From: Corallochytrium limacisporum Hawaii
Taxonomy: Eukaryota > Protista > Pluriformea
Length of the DNA: 45,640 nucleotides
NCBI GenBank assembly: GCA_002811645.1
Contig: PDIP01000096.1
Coordinates: 1-45,640 of the forward strand
Reading direction: 5' to 3'
The translations under genes and the position numbers were made by a program. Numbering within the stretch: position 1 is the first letter of the stretch; every line of letters starts with the position of its first letter. Under the pieces are notes generated by a model. It was given only the letters and a program-made list of their open reading frames with translations, had not been told where the DNA came from and made no database searches. Positions 21,390 through 32,500 of this stretch are shown here, in pieces.

Positions 21390-23533
21390 TTCTGTTTTAT
21401 TCTTTAGGTTTGTAAGAGAATTTCGTTTCTAGCCCGACACATGCTTACATATGACTTATGCACACCCAAAATATGAGTTCACTTACCGTCTACTACTATG
21501 ACATACTGTCGATAGGCGGCGCCACTTTGATTTTCTGTGTGTCTGCTGCCTAAGTTTTTGATTCAGGATGCTAGTTATTTTCACCGGATTTGATCCTAAT
21601 CAATCCATAAATACCCACCCTTGATCCTTTTTGTACCGAGCGCCCGTCATATAGTGCAGCCGGAGTATTCACTCACTCCGTGATTTGCAATACTTTTTGC
21701 CGGGTATGAATGCGCCTCGGAACCCAGGAAAATTCTCCCCCCCCCCCCCCCCCTCCCTTTCTTGTCGTCCCCCGTTTTCCTCCTCCTCCTCCTTCGGCAA
21801 GTGAGCGTTCAGTAACTTCTCCCCTGCAGCCGTCCACCGGTGTGACCGACTAAAGCTGCATACATTTTCCGAGGGTCCCATTTGTCCCAAGCGGTGGCGA
21901 CCGGAACCGGTATGGATAAAGGCAGATGATGTGGAAACGAAGGGAAAAGGGGCCCTTCTTCGGTCCGCCACTATTGGTAGCTGCGACCCTGGCCATCCCA
22001 TCCCCTGCCAAATTTTCTCCTTCGGGCCCAGTGTGTGTGAGGATGAGAGAGCGTGTGTCTTGCGTGTGCGCGCTAACAGAGTCTCCCTATCTTCTCGGTT
22101 CCCGTTTTCATTTTTCTGCTTTGGTCCAAATTTGTTCTGTCGGTGCGCGATGATATCGTGGTCGTCGCTTCGACGCACCCACACTTTTGGTACCACCTTC
22201 CGCTCCCTAAATGGCCGGAGCAGGGTATGCGCGAGGTGCGGTGTCCCACCCGTCGGCGGAATCACCACCTCCGTGGTACCTACTATGGCTGTGTGAGTGC
22301 ACTGTGGACAAAGCGGAATCAATGGCGGAGAGAAGAGGGTAGTGCCCCGCCCCGCGGGGGGGACGGGGGGGGGGGGGGAGCTGCGTTGTTGGCACTGGCC
22401 TGCGAGCTGCAGCAGCGAAGATTGCCCTTGCACGAATACACTCATACAGACACGCACACACGGGGGAGGCATATGCCGGACCCAAATGGCACGTTTCATT
22501 CCACACTATCACCGCAAGGACTGACGAACAGAATACGAGCAAAACGGAATAGTAATATCCGGGGAAAGCTTTATTTTGACCCCGAAACCGGGAACGATAC
22601 TGTACGCAGTACAAAGTGAGAACGAACACACGACTAACCAAGCCGCAACGCGAGCGAAGCAGTGGGAGAGTTGTGGCCCCGGACCGGCAATATGCCCTCC
22701 CTTTACGCCTCCTCCGCTCTCAACCTTGTTTTTTTGAAACAGCCTACCAATCTCCGTTTTCAAAAACATTGACAAGGTATGCATGCCCTTATGCCCGCCG
22801 TGATCTGACCTGGTTCCTCTCGAGGTGAGGTAAACGCAAACGGTGGCTGCAGGCTATGTGGTGTACAGTAGATTCGACCTCCGTGTTCTCAATTGATCTC
22901 GCTTCTAACTCACATCTCTGATCTACGGGCCTGTGTGGATGTGTCTCTTCTCTGAACCACTGGCTCGTCGACTGCGTAGGAGCGACAGTACTGTGCAGCA
23001 GGAAGGGTGGCCGGTTGGAGAGGGGGGGTGAAATATCGGGGCAGGGGCCTTAGTGGTCCCGAGCCCCTGTGTGCACAAAGAAAGTCTGGCAGCGACCAAA
23101 AGAACCCACTCAAAGTGCAGGATCGAGTAAGAAATTCCTTTCGGGTTTCCTTCACCGCGATTTCGGCGCTCATCACTCTACACGTCCATTCACAGGGGGA
23201 GCTGGGTACACAGTCCGAACGAGGAGAGATGACAGTTGGGGTGCACCGCTGCGGTGCACCGGCCTTATGAAGTACTTGCAAAAAGGCGACAGGAGCACAG
23301 CGTCGGATGTTGTTGTGCCAAGTGTGTATGTGTGTGTGTGACTTTGGACACTGTTGCGGCGTTAAAACAACCCCTGAAATCGGGTGTTTGGAGCGTATAC
23401 ATTGCGGAATTTACACAGGTAACGGGAACTACAAAGCAGGGTACGAAAGCGGAACATTTCATCCACCAGAAAAGTGAGTCTTGTCATACCAGGACCACTA
23501 CGTTTCAAGACCGATCTTTGTAGAAGTCCAAAA

Positions 23534-24286
23534 ATGGCACCTATCCAAGTTACCTGGCTGGGACATGCTGCGTTTCTCATAAATGATGAAGAGACTCATT
23601 TTCTGATTGATCCATGGCTGGGCAATCCCAAGGCACCGGCTGATGCCAAGGACAAAGCTTCCAAAGCCAAAGCTATTCTAGTCAGCCACGGTCACTTTGA
23701 CCATGTCGGTGACACCGTCGCCCTTGCAAAACAGACTGGAGCTAAGGTCTTCTGCGTCCATGAAGTGTCTGTGTACCTGAAGGGCCAGGGTGTGCCCGAG
23801 GACCAGATTGTTGGCATGAACAAGGGAGGTACCGTCGACCTCGGCGGTGGATTTAAAGCCACAATGGTACATGCCATCCACAGCGGGGACTGTGGCATGG
23901 AACACCCTATGGCGCCTGGCGGTGATGCCGCAGGCTGGGTCGTAAGCTGTCCAAATGGACACGTCATTTACCACTCCGGAGACACGGATGTGTTCGGTGA
24001 CATGGGCATCATTTCAGACTTGTACAAGCCGGACGTAGCCCTGATGTGCATCGGCGGCCATTACACCATGTCACCTATGGGTGCTGCATATGCCATCAAC
24101 AAACTGATGCCTTCACTGCGTACAGTGATTCCTATGCATTTCGGTACCTTCCCATTGCTTGCAGGCAACCCTGCGGACTTGAACCGCCTGGTAAACCGCA
24201 AGAACGTCATCGTGGCAAAGATGGAACCGGGCGAATCGACAGAGCTGAGCGGTCGCAGTGTCCATGGGTTGTTGGATCAGTTGTGA
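23534..24286 (+). CDS. UPF0173-type metal-dependent hydrolase (metallo-beta-lactamase fold)
   Basis: ATG at 23534 (MAPIQVTWLGHAAF). Motifs LIDPWLGNP, SHGHFDH (HxHxDH), GMNKGG, AIHS, YHSGDT, IGGHYTM and IPMHFGTFP. Confidence 0.92.
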   Translation: MAPIQVTWLGHAAFLINDEETHFLIDPWLGNPKAPADAKDKASKAKAILVSHGHFDHVGDTVALAKQTGAKVFCVHEVSVYLKGQGVPEDQIVGMNKGGTVDLGGGFKATMVHAIHSGDCGMEHPMAPGGDAAGWVVSCPNGHVIYHSGDTDVFGDMGIISDLYKPDVALMCIGGHYTMSPMGAAYAINKLMPSLRTVIPMHFGTFPLLAGNPADLNRLVNRKNVIVAKMEPGESTELSGRSVHGLLDQL

Positions 24287-24430
24287 GAGGAGGCAGCAGA
24301 TTTGGCCAAACAATTCCTCTCGCCCTTGCCATATTGTCTTGTGTAACCAAACAGACCAATGACAATCAGGTATAAAAAATCTTCTCTGTAATTGAATCTA
24401 GTGTTTGTCGCCATCTATAAGACTTGTATT

Positions 24431-26842
24431 CTAACCTTGCCGCTTCTCATAGAAGTACAGGTATCCTTCGCCAATAGGCGGCTCGTTATCCCGGGCCACT
24501 TTGTGGTCATTAAATACCACCCACCTGTCGTCAAGCTTGATGTGACAGACATAGTGGCCAGTATCTGTTGAACGGCCTTTGTGCGTGATGAAGGCAAACA
24601 GTTCATAACGAGGCTTTGTGGTTGTGCCCTTCTGCTTGGTAGCACCAGGGGCAGGTGCTGTCACATCCACATCCATTGGCTCGTCAGGATGCGAAAAGAT
24701 CCATTCAACAGCCCGTTCCATGTTGTTATCGGTCTCCATCAAGGCCTTCTTTGCGTGATTTGCGGAGAAGCCCATGGCTTGCAAGTTCTCGACGAGCTCA
24801 GATAGCGGCGCTGCTCTAGCTCCTGCCGGCGCAGCACCACCGGCAGGTGGCAGAGGATCGTCTAGTGACGGATCGTCGAGACCAGTTAAGATCCAATTCA
24901 TGGCGGCCTCCACATTTCCCCCATTCTCCAGCAGACCACGCTTGCAACGGTTTTCCGAGAAGCCCATACTTGTGAGCTGGGCAAGGGCAGCAGCGTCAAA
25001 CTCGGGCACCGTGGCTGCAGCAGGTTGTTCTGGTGTATCATCAGAAAAGCGGTCAGCTTCGGCAATCTCGGATTCCCTGGCCAGCAAGTGTTCCAGTTCC
25101 AGAACCTCGGGCGCGACTACATCGACGTCCAACTTCTTGGGCACCCAGTCTTCGAATACAAAGCGACGCGCCTGGATGGCCAGAACAGAGGGCGAGGTAT
25201 GGAAGCGTTCGCTGCGCAAGGCTTTGGTAGCCTCTTCGCACCGCGGGCACTGGAACCCATCGATTACATCTTCGGCTGAATCACCGAAGGCAAATGCTCG
25301 CTCCACAGCATTCTTCAGATTGTCCTTGTTGTCACTGTCGGGAACAATGGGCACTCCAAGCACGTTCTGAGTCACAGAGCCCATGCGAACACCGTTGCAT
25401 TTCGTGCATCTGATTCGTGTTTCAGCTTCATATGCGAAGATATCACCACCAGGGGGGCCATCTGGATCACTCACGTCGCCTTCATTTGCCCTACTACCTC
25501 CCCGTTCCTCGCGCTCAAGACGAGTGCACAGATGCTGTAGGTATTCACTAGCATCCTGTTGCTGTACACCACCAAAGTCTGGGCTTACGCCAGCCAGGAT
25601 GGCTTTGATCATCATCGGAGACAGGCCACGCTGCTCCGCCACCCCCAAGGCTTCATCCTCTCGCTCCGGTATAGAATACCGTCCACTTAAGAGACCGTCA
25701 GCCAGCTTACCCATTTGACACTTGAAGCAGGTGCTCTGGTCCTCTGCATTGCAAGTATCAACGGTGTGCTGAAATGACAGGCCGACGTAGCGGTTGGAAA
25801 TGGGTGGTAAGTGCATAAATACTTGCAGGTTAGAGGCCATGTAGCATGTGTTACCGAGGTTTCGAATACCCGTGAGGTTCGGTCCAAACAGCGGCTCCAT
25901 AGGCTTGCCATCGCTACCCACCATTTTGAACTGCAATGTCAGATTCTGATCCAGTTCTAGTTCCTTAGTACTCTTTACGGTGGCCTGCTCCTTGGTCACG
26001 TCAATACCGAAGCCTGCCATGTGTTCCTTCAGTTTAGGGTCAATACGTGTCTCATCGCAGGCATAGCAGAAGATATCTCCAGACCCATCGCTTTTTATGG
26101 TTCCGAGCTTGAGATTGACCGGGTGGCCTGCGGAATGGAAGTGTTCCAGAGCATGGCCATTGCCTCCACTACCATCCCAGTTCTTACGACCACAACCTAG
26201 ATTACCGCAGGTCAGACAAAGCCACAGATTCTCACGCAGACCACAGCCTTCAACCGCACAGACTGCGTCGCTCTTGGCAGGCATAGATTTAAGCGGATCT
26301 ACTTGTTTCAGTTCCCGTGTATGACTGCATTCAACTATGTCTTCTTCCCAGGCCTGCAGGGTGTCTACTTTCCGCTTAGTGGGTGCACCGGCAATGATGT
26401 TGATTAGCATATCCAGCCCCGGAGCTTCCTTGCGAACAGCATCATTCAGTTCCAAGGGTTTGCTGCCGCAGCTGTGGCAACCGACTGCGTAGACAGTGTT
26501 GTACCTTTCTGAATCATCCTTGAGCCCACCTTCAACTCCGATAGCCAACTTTGTAATCTTTTGCGCACGCTCTCCGTCTTCTTCCGGTTTCAGGACCTTA
26601 CGAATCATCAAGTATGGTGCATGGCCACGAGCGTTTCCATGTGCCTTCGCGTGAGATCGCTCGCCCAAGCAACCCACATGCTTCACACATGCCAAACATA
26701 ACGCTACACCGTTCTCTGTGTACTCGTCATCAAAGCAGTTGAAGCATTCCTCTTTGTGCACACCGCTGTTGGAGATCTCACCAGAGATCCGCGCCACTGC
26801 AGCGTCACTGGCAGCGTTTTTTAAGTGATCACACAACGCCAT
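24431..26842 (-). CDS. USP5: Ubiquitin C-terminal hydrolase USP5/USP13/Ubp14 (isopeptidase T)
   Basis: ATG at 26842. N-terminal cryptic ZnF (HKEECFNCFD), ZnF-UBP (NLWLCLTCGNLGCGR...GNGHALEH), Cys box (GIRNLGNTCYM), QQDASEY, two UBAs (MGFSENRC, MGFSANHA...AVEWIFSH), His box (HKGRSTDTGHYV...FND). Confidence 0.96.
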   Translation of the reverse strand: MALCDHLKNAASDAAVARISGEISNSGVHKEECFNCFDDEYTENGVALCLACVKHVGCLGERSHAKAHGNARGHAPYLMIRKVLKPEEDGERAQKITKLAIGVEGGLKDDSERYNTVYAVGCHSCGSKPLELNDAVRKEAPGLDMLINIIAGAPTKRKVDTLQAWEEDIVECSHTRELKQVDPLKSMPAKSDAVCAVEGCGLRENLWLCLTCGNLGCGRKNWDGSGGNGHALEHFHSAGHPVNLKLGTIKSDGSGDIFCYACDETRIDPKLKEHMAGFGIDVTKEQATVKSTKELELDQNLTLQFKMVGSDGKPMEPLFGPNLTGIRNLGNTCYMASNLQVFMHLPPISNRYVGLSFQHTVDTCNAEDQSTCFKCQMGKLADGLLSGRYSIPEREDEALGVAEQRGLSPMMIKAILAGVSPDFGGVQQQDASEYLQHLCTRLEREERGGSRANEGDVSDPDGPPGGDIFAYEAETRIRCTKCNGVRMGSVTQNVLGVPIVPDSDNKDNLKNAVERAFAFGDSAEDVIDGFQCPRCEEATKALRSERFHTSPSVLAIQARRFVFEDWVPKKLDVDVVAPEVLELEHLLARESEIAEADRFSDDTPEQPAAATVPEFDAAALAQLTSMGFSENRCKRGLLENGGNVEAAMNWILTGLDDPSLDDPLPPAGGAAPAGARAAPLSELVENLQAMGFSANHAKKALMETDNNMERAVEWIFSHPDEPMDVDVTAPAPGATKQKGTTTKPRYELFAFITHKGRSTDTGHYVCHIKLDDRWVVFNDHKVARDNEPPIGEGYLYFYEKRQG

Positions 26843-27489
26843 TCTTCTTTCTGTACCACTAGCGTTGTTCAATCATTCCATGCTCTAAGCGGATTTGTAC
26901 GTTGCAAGTTCTACAGACTCAGTCTTTAGGCTGTTTGCATGGGTCTTGTCCTCTTGTACCCATTCGTGCTCTCGCTTGGTAAGGCTTGCACTGGAGCTCT
27001 CCACTCCGGACCGGTCAGAGACGCCGCGACTCCCTTCCCGAAGGAAAAAAGGAGGGAATATTCAAGGAACCACCAATGGCGCTACGTGGGGCAGCCATAA
27101 AGCAAACTCCCAACGCACCCCCTTCGCTTCACCTCCCCTTCACTTCTTGCTGGGCCCGTTACACACTACTAGTAGTCTGCGCCCACACAAAAGGTCCCTG
27201 ACAGGTAAGCAGGGTTTTAGGGGAAGGGGGGAGGGGGGGTTGGTTGGTTGGTTGGTTGAATTGGCTACCGGCGGACTCGTCGCAAGCCAGCGATACACAG
27301 CTCCATCAACTGGCTGCCGGATTCCTCCTGAAACGGAGACGCGACCATTGGGGACACTCGACACTCAGAAAAGGAGTTGGTTGTTTGCGTTCCACATTTG
27401 GTTACCGATCGTGCCATGTCATATCAGTAGGTGATCTTTGGTACATTCTTTATTCATAGTATGAGATGGGGTAACGATGTCCGTGCCGC

Positions 27490-29508
27490 TCACTTCATGT
27501 TCAACCCCACCGCAGGGGCAGTTGCAGCAGACACTGAGGACTGGTTTGGGGTACAGGGAGAGCTTTCCAAGCCCTTTTTGACTTCATCATCACTATCATA
27601 GTTCGAGGACTCGCTAGGTTGCAGGCTCATGCTGCTGGCAGAGGCAAACAGATCGTCCCGGGACTGACAGCGATGAGACGACTTTTTGTCAATGTTGAAG
27701 CCCTGCTTCACGGACTCCAGAACCGCATTGGTGCCACGGGTGGTCTGGGGAGCGATATGTGCCAGGCTTAGGAATCCATGACACATGGCTGGCACTACCT
27801 CGAAGGAAATTGGCAGGCCGAGATCTTTGCAGCGCTTGGAGAATGCCACAGCGTCGTCGAGTAGAGGATCGTATTCGGCACCAAAGATTTTCATGGGCGG
27901 GAACTCGCGAAGCTGTTGGTCGGTGAGTAGAGCTGGTGACACCAAGGGGTCCACAGCGGCCGTCTCTGACTTCGCGCTACCTAGATAAGACTCCATACAC
28001 AGGACCAAAGCGTGTGTGGTCAGCAGTGGATCAAACAAAGTCATGGCGCGGGCTGGGGCGATGCGATATCGCAGATCCATGGCCGGGTAGGCAGCGACAA
28101 GGCTGTCGGGAGCGCGGACACCGTGACGTTTGCACAACTGCACTAGACCGAAGCAGAAGTTTCCCCCAGCACTGTCACCCGTGATGATCACACGTTCGGC
28201 TGTGGAACCCAGGGCCTCGGCATTGTCCAGAGCCCAGCAGTAGGCGTAGAAGCACTCGTAGAGGCCCTGGGGGAAGCGTGCCTTAGGGGATAGAGTGTAG
28301 TCCACGGACACAATGGGGCACATCAGGCCCTTGGCGTAGTCACGTAAGTAGATGGTGTGGGACATGGAAGTCTGAGCAATGAAGCCACCACCATGCATAT
28401 GGAAAAGTAAATCGGGGCTCAACTTGCTCTCAGCACCGGGGCCACTTATCTCACCGTTCAAATACTTCGTCAACTCCTTCTGGTTAGTGATCATTCCCTT
28501 GACCTTTTCGTGCTTCATGATGCGAACCGTCACTTCATCGAAGTGATTTAGGCGCAGTTGCTCTGCACCCATGTCCTTTCGGGGAATGGGATCGAACAAA
28601 TTGGTCATGTTGCCCCCGAGGCGGTTCACATGCTTGACATCGAATCCTTTGGCAGGAATCTTCACTAGGGTGTTAACGGAGACCAGAGGTGCTAGGACCT
28701 TGACAGCCTGCTCAATCCCAACAGTCTCGTGCTGCAGATTCCAGAAGTCTGCTTGCTGCCGCACGTTACCGTTGACGAAAAAGTCACCAAGCTTGTTGGA
28801 GCGACGAGTGTATGAAGTGAGATACTTGGGCAGCTTGACAGCCATGTTGACCTGCTTGCCGAAGCTGGAACTATCCTCCTTGTGTCCGTCGAGGTAGGAA
28901 GCCATGAGTTGCATGAGAGTGCGCATCAGGTACTTCATTCTGCGGGGATAGTGGAAGCCAAAGTAACGGCTATAGTAGGAGGCCTTGGGCATGTCTATGA
29001 TCTTATCAATGATATCAGACAGATCAGCCTCGGGAAAGAGTTCACCTTCAGCGAACGCACCCTCACGCATTGGCTTCTCAATGAGGGCGAACCCTTCAGC
29101 GAATTGTAATAGCATGCCATCAAGAGTTTGCATACGGTTCAAGTGGTTCTTGCGACGGAAATTGACTTTGCCGTAATTTCTGCTTAGCTGCTCGATCTTA
29201 GCTTCGGTCAGCATGAGCATCTCTTCTAGAATCTGCACGCAACTACGAAACCCGTTCCCCTTGATCTCTTCGCTATAGTCACATTTGGGCGCAGCCTCGG
29301 CGAACATGATTAGCACGGGGGCCAGGCGACAGCTGCTCTCGCGAATACGGAGGACAAGTGTTTTAAAATCATTGTGCAGATCATGCTTGATGATGCAATT
29401 ATCAATGGTTTTGATAACGGACTCATGAACCTCCCTGAAGTGGGAAAATTCCTCAGGAACCCGCTCCCATTCAGGTTCAGACAATGTGGATGGGCTCAGC
29501 TGTGGCAT
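27490..29508 (-). CDS. LIPE: Hormone-sensitive lipase (HSL_N + alpha/beta hydrolase)
   Basis: 672 aa. N-terminal DY...GNGFRS and RYFGFHY segments resemble HSL_N; HGGGFIAQTS.SH, VDYTLSP..RFP, GDSAGGN, DPLLDD and HGFLSL catalytic motifs. Confidence 0.9.
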   Translation of the reverse strand: MPQLSPSTLSEPEWERVPEEFSHFREVHESVIKTIDNCIIKHDLHNDFKTLVLRIRESSCRLAPVLIMFAEAAPKCDYSEEIKGNGFRSCVQILEEMLMLTEAKIEQLSRNYGKVNFRRKNHLNRMQTLDGMLLQFAEGFALIEKPMREGAFAEGELFPEADLSDIIDKIIDMPKASYYSRYFGFHYPRRMKYLMRTLMQLMASYLDGHKEDSSSFGKQVNMAVKLPKYLTSYTRRSNKLGDFFVNGNVRQQADFWNLQHETVGIEQAVKVLAPLVSVNTLVKIPAKGFDVKHVNRLGGNMTNLFDPIPRKDMGAEQLRLNHFDEVTVRIMKHEKVKGMITNQKELTKYLNGEISGPGAESKLSPDLLFHMHGGGFIAQTSMSHTIYLRDYAKGLMCPIVSVDYTLSPKARFPQGLYECFYAYCWALDNAEALGSTAERVIITGDSAGGNFCFGLVQLCKRHGVRAPDSLVAAYPAMDLRYRIAPARAMTLFDPLLTTHALVLCMESYLGSAKSETAAVDPLVSPALLTDQQLREFPPMKIFGAEYDPLLDDAVAFSKRCKDLGLPISFEVVPAMCHGFLSLAHIAPQTTRGTNAVLESVKQGFNIDKKSSHRCQSRDDLFASASSMSLQPSESSNYDSDDEVKKGLESSPCTPNQSSVSAATAPAVGLNMK

Positions 29509-32500
29509 TTTACTTCTTTAGTGTCGTCTTGCAGTTTAACAGTGGGTTAGATATCTCTGTGCATTTTATCAAAGTATGGGATCTGTTGTATTGAAATACC
29601 TTCCGCTGTGTGTGCGTCACATTGCGCCTATGCCTCGATCGCAGCGCGCAATACCAGGGGTTTTACGGCTGTGCAAACGTGTTTCGTCCGAACCTACACC
29701 GGCAACTTTTCGTTAGTTCTTTCAACCTTTACCATTTGACGTCTGTAATAAACGGAAGGACATCTACCTTCAGTAATGGGCATACGATTACGATTAGATG
29801 CGTCCCTGCGTACGAACACGGCGGGAGAGTGAACGCTACGTGTCGGGCTGTGCTCCATTGTGCAGAAGTCCCTAAGCAGTGCAGTGACACACCCGGTGCC
29901 CACTTGCCTGCTTGGGTAAGTTTCCTTTTTTGTTGTGGTTCTTTTGCTATGGCACTGATCAAAGTAGAAAACAACATCCCTGAAGAAGGAGGGGGGGGGG
30001 GCGCGAATGAAGACTTCCACGCCGAAGAACAAGGAACAAAATGGTGGAACTGCCGACTGCTCGCTCTCTATTCTGCTCAACCTCTACCAATACTGAATAT
30101 ATGAAGAAAAGTGGTGAGTTAACTGCCACCGAAGTGTTCCTGTGGCCGGGGGGAGTGGTGTCTCAAGGTGCTGGCTGGTGGTGCCCACCAGCAGTGCGCA
30201 CTGCCGCAGTCGCCAACCGAAGAGTCCGCTGGCCACAGTCTCCGTGTCTCTTGCTGTTCGGCAGCAGAGAGAGTTGTTAATTCATAGCCGGTCCACCCCA
30301 AGGTTTAAACCGGGAACAAAGAAGGAGAGAGAGAGAAGGGGGGGGGGGGGAAGAAGAGTAAGGGAGGAAAGAAATGAGAGACCCAGAAGGACGGGCGATG
30401 TGGGAATGAGGCGTGAAACGGGACGAGCCGAGTGTGAGGGCCAGGAAAAGAAAAGGATCGAACCTCAAGAACACGGGAGGGGAGGGGAGGGAAGGGGGGG
30501 GGACACCGATTGCACTGTTGCGCAAAAAAAGCTAACAAGCGTGGACTGTTGGCGGCGGGTTGAATTTCGTAATCGCCTCGTACATCGTTGTCCGGGTCGC
30601 AGAGTGGGTTCGATCTGTTTTGAAGTCGGTGATGGGGTAGGAAATGGCCATTGATTAGCTACCGGTGAGTGCGTACGCCAGCCCGGAGGGAACTGAGCGG
30701 TGTGTGTGTGTTTCGAAGGAAAAGGTCTGCTAAGTGTCTGCGTGGCCGAAGCATACGTAATGAACCCTCTGCCGCATCGCGGACTGGGGGAGCACCTGAG
30801 CCTAGCCGTCGGCCTTTGCATTACTGTCGCTCGGAAAGTCCCGGCACGAAACAGAACTTGTAATTTGAGCGGGAGGAAGCAATACAGCGACGGTACCCGA
30901 TTGTTCAGAGTTAGCAGTGTGTTTGTTCACCCGTGACCTCGGGACATGCACGGTAGCTGCAATCGGAATGTCCGTCCGCCGTATCCCACTCACTCTTATT
31001 GAGATGAAGAACCAGGCTCATGATGGGATGCCGATGTATGCAAAGACACACCATGGAAGTGGACCACCGATCGCCGGTCGTTCAAGTGGCAGTCCTTGCA
31101 CAACGGTTATACACTCACGTTCACTACTGCGGCAGTCGTAGTTGAGACGAAAACCAAGTCTTCGCAAATGAAACAGAACGCAGCAGAAAGAAAGGAAAAA
31201 CTGGCAAAAAAAAACCAAAAAAGCGGGAGCGGGCAAAGCTGAAAAGCAAGGAAAACAAAGAACGAAAGGCGAAAGGGAGGAGGGAGGATGACCCGGGTCA
31301 TCGCGGGTCGGCCCACTGGGATCGCCGTCTCGGCCGTTTCCCTTGGTGAGTAAGATTGGGTTGCGCAGAAAATTGGGCCCCCTTACCTTCCACCCCCGTC
31401 TCTCTCCTCTACAACACAGGAGTGGGAGTCGATTTGTTGGCCCCCCCGGGGGGAAGGGGGGGGGAGCCAATGACACCCAACAATTCAGAAAATGGAACCG
31501 GAAAAGTGGGAGGCACCGGTGGAGAGAGCAACTCTGCTGCACTAACTGAAGCGCCGTAGAATGAACACAAGTACACAGCCGATGCAACCGCTCCTGGACG
31601 GGCACAGCGGGAGTAAGATCATGGCTTATCGCTCTATTCGAAGCGTAGTCCAAAGGCTGTAGCCAAAAGCCTCACACCTGATGGAAACAGGCGCGCCTAC
31701 TCCATTGGTTCACTTTTCAGTCGTTTGCCATTTGGGCGGGTCCCCCGATTCTCCTACGTCTCGTGCCTGGCATGGGACCTCCCGGTCATCGGTATGTAGA
31801 TGGGATATTGTGCAATACAGTATGAACCGTACGCTCGCAGCTTCGACAGTTGCCATCAAGGGTCCGGGCAACAGGGGAGGACAGCCATGGCCTTGTCGAT
31901 CGCCTCCACTGAAATGAAAATCCCCCACCCCCCCCCGGCGCCTTTCCTTCCCCACTCAGCGGCCAGAAAGGCCAAAGGGGACCAAAAAAAAATACGCTTC
32001 ACCTCCCCGCGGATAACAAAGGACCCGTCGTTTTTATCTTCGTTGGGACAAAAATCCCAGAGAGAAGGAGAGAAAGGGAGGGGGCCCCGCAAAAGGGAGA
32101 GACCCCAGCGGACGGAAACCCGTTTCGTCCCGGGGACATTTTGGCTGACTACTCCTCCCCTTCCGGGGCGGGTCTATTTTCTTGACCGCCTGTCTCATAC
32201 CGAATCTACCGGTAATTCTCTCGCTTTACCCTCTGGGCCCCGTGTTTGTGTGTTCTCTTACTACGTGCTTGCCCCTTTAACATTCCCCCTTGATCAGCCC
32301 TTTGCCCCCCCCCCCAACGATACACTCCCCATCCCGGCCCGTTGGAAGGGGGGGGTACGGGGCCCTTGCCTGCGGTGTGCTTTCATTGGCTATAGCCAGA
32401 AAAAGTCCACAGCCCACCGCTCTCCCCCCCCCCCGGCTGGCCCCAACAGCGCTATCTCTCCTCTCCTCCCCAATTCCCCTTCTCCCGTCTGGCCTGCTTG

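Noticed and set aside
21669-22641. Overlapping 120-276-aa ORFs in the DPP9/MBL divergent spacer
   Set aside because: They run through G/C homopolymers and have low-complexity translations with no domain signal; open frames are expected in GC-rich DNA.
27238-27257. (TTGG)4 and short (TG)n runs (also ~23323-23340, ~44878-44894)
   Set aside because: Ordinary short microsatellites, not telomeric arrays.
30715-31495. GGAAAAGGTCTG, GGAAAGTCCC and CAATTCAGA resembling RNase P/MRP conserved regions
   Set aside because: Spacing (~760 nt) and P4 pairing are not convincing; would need an Infernal search.
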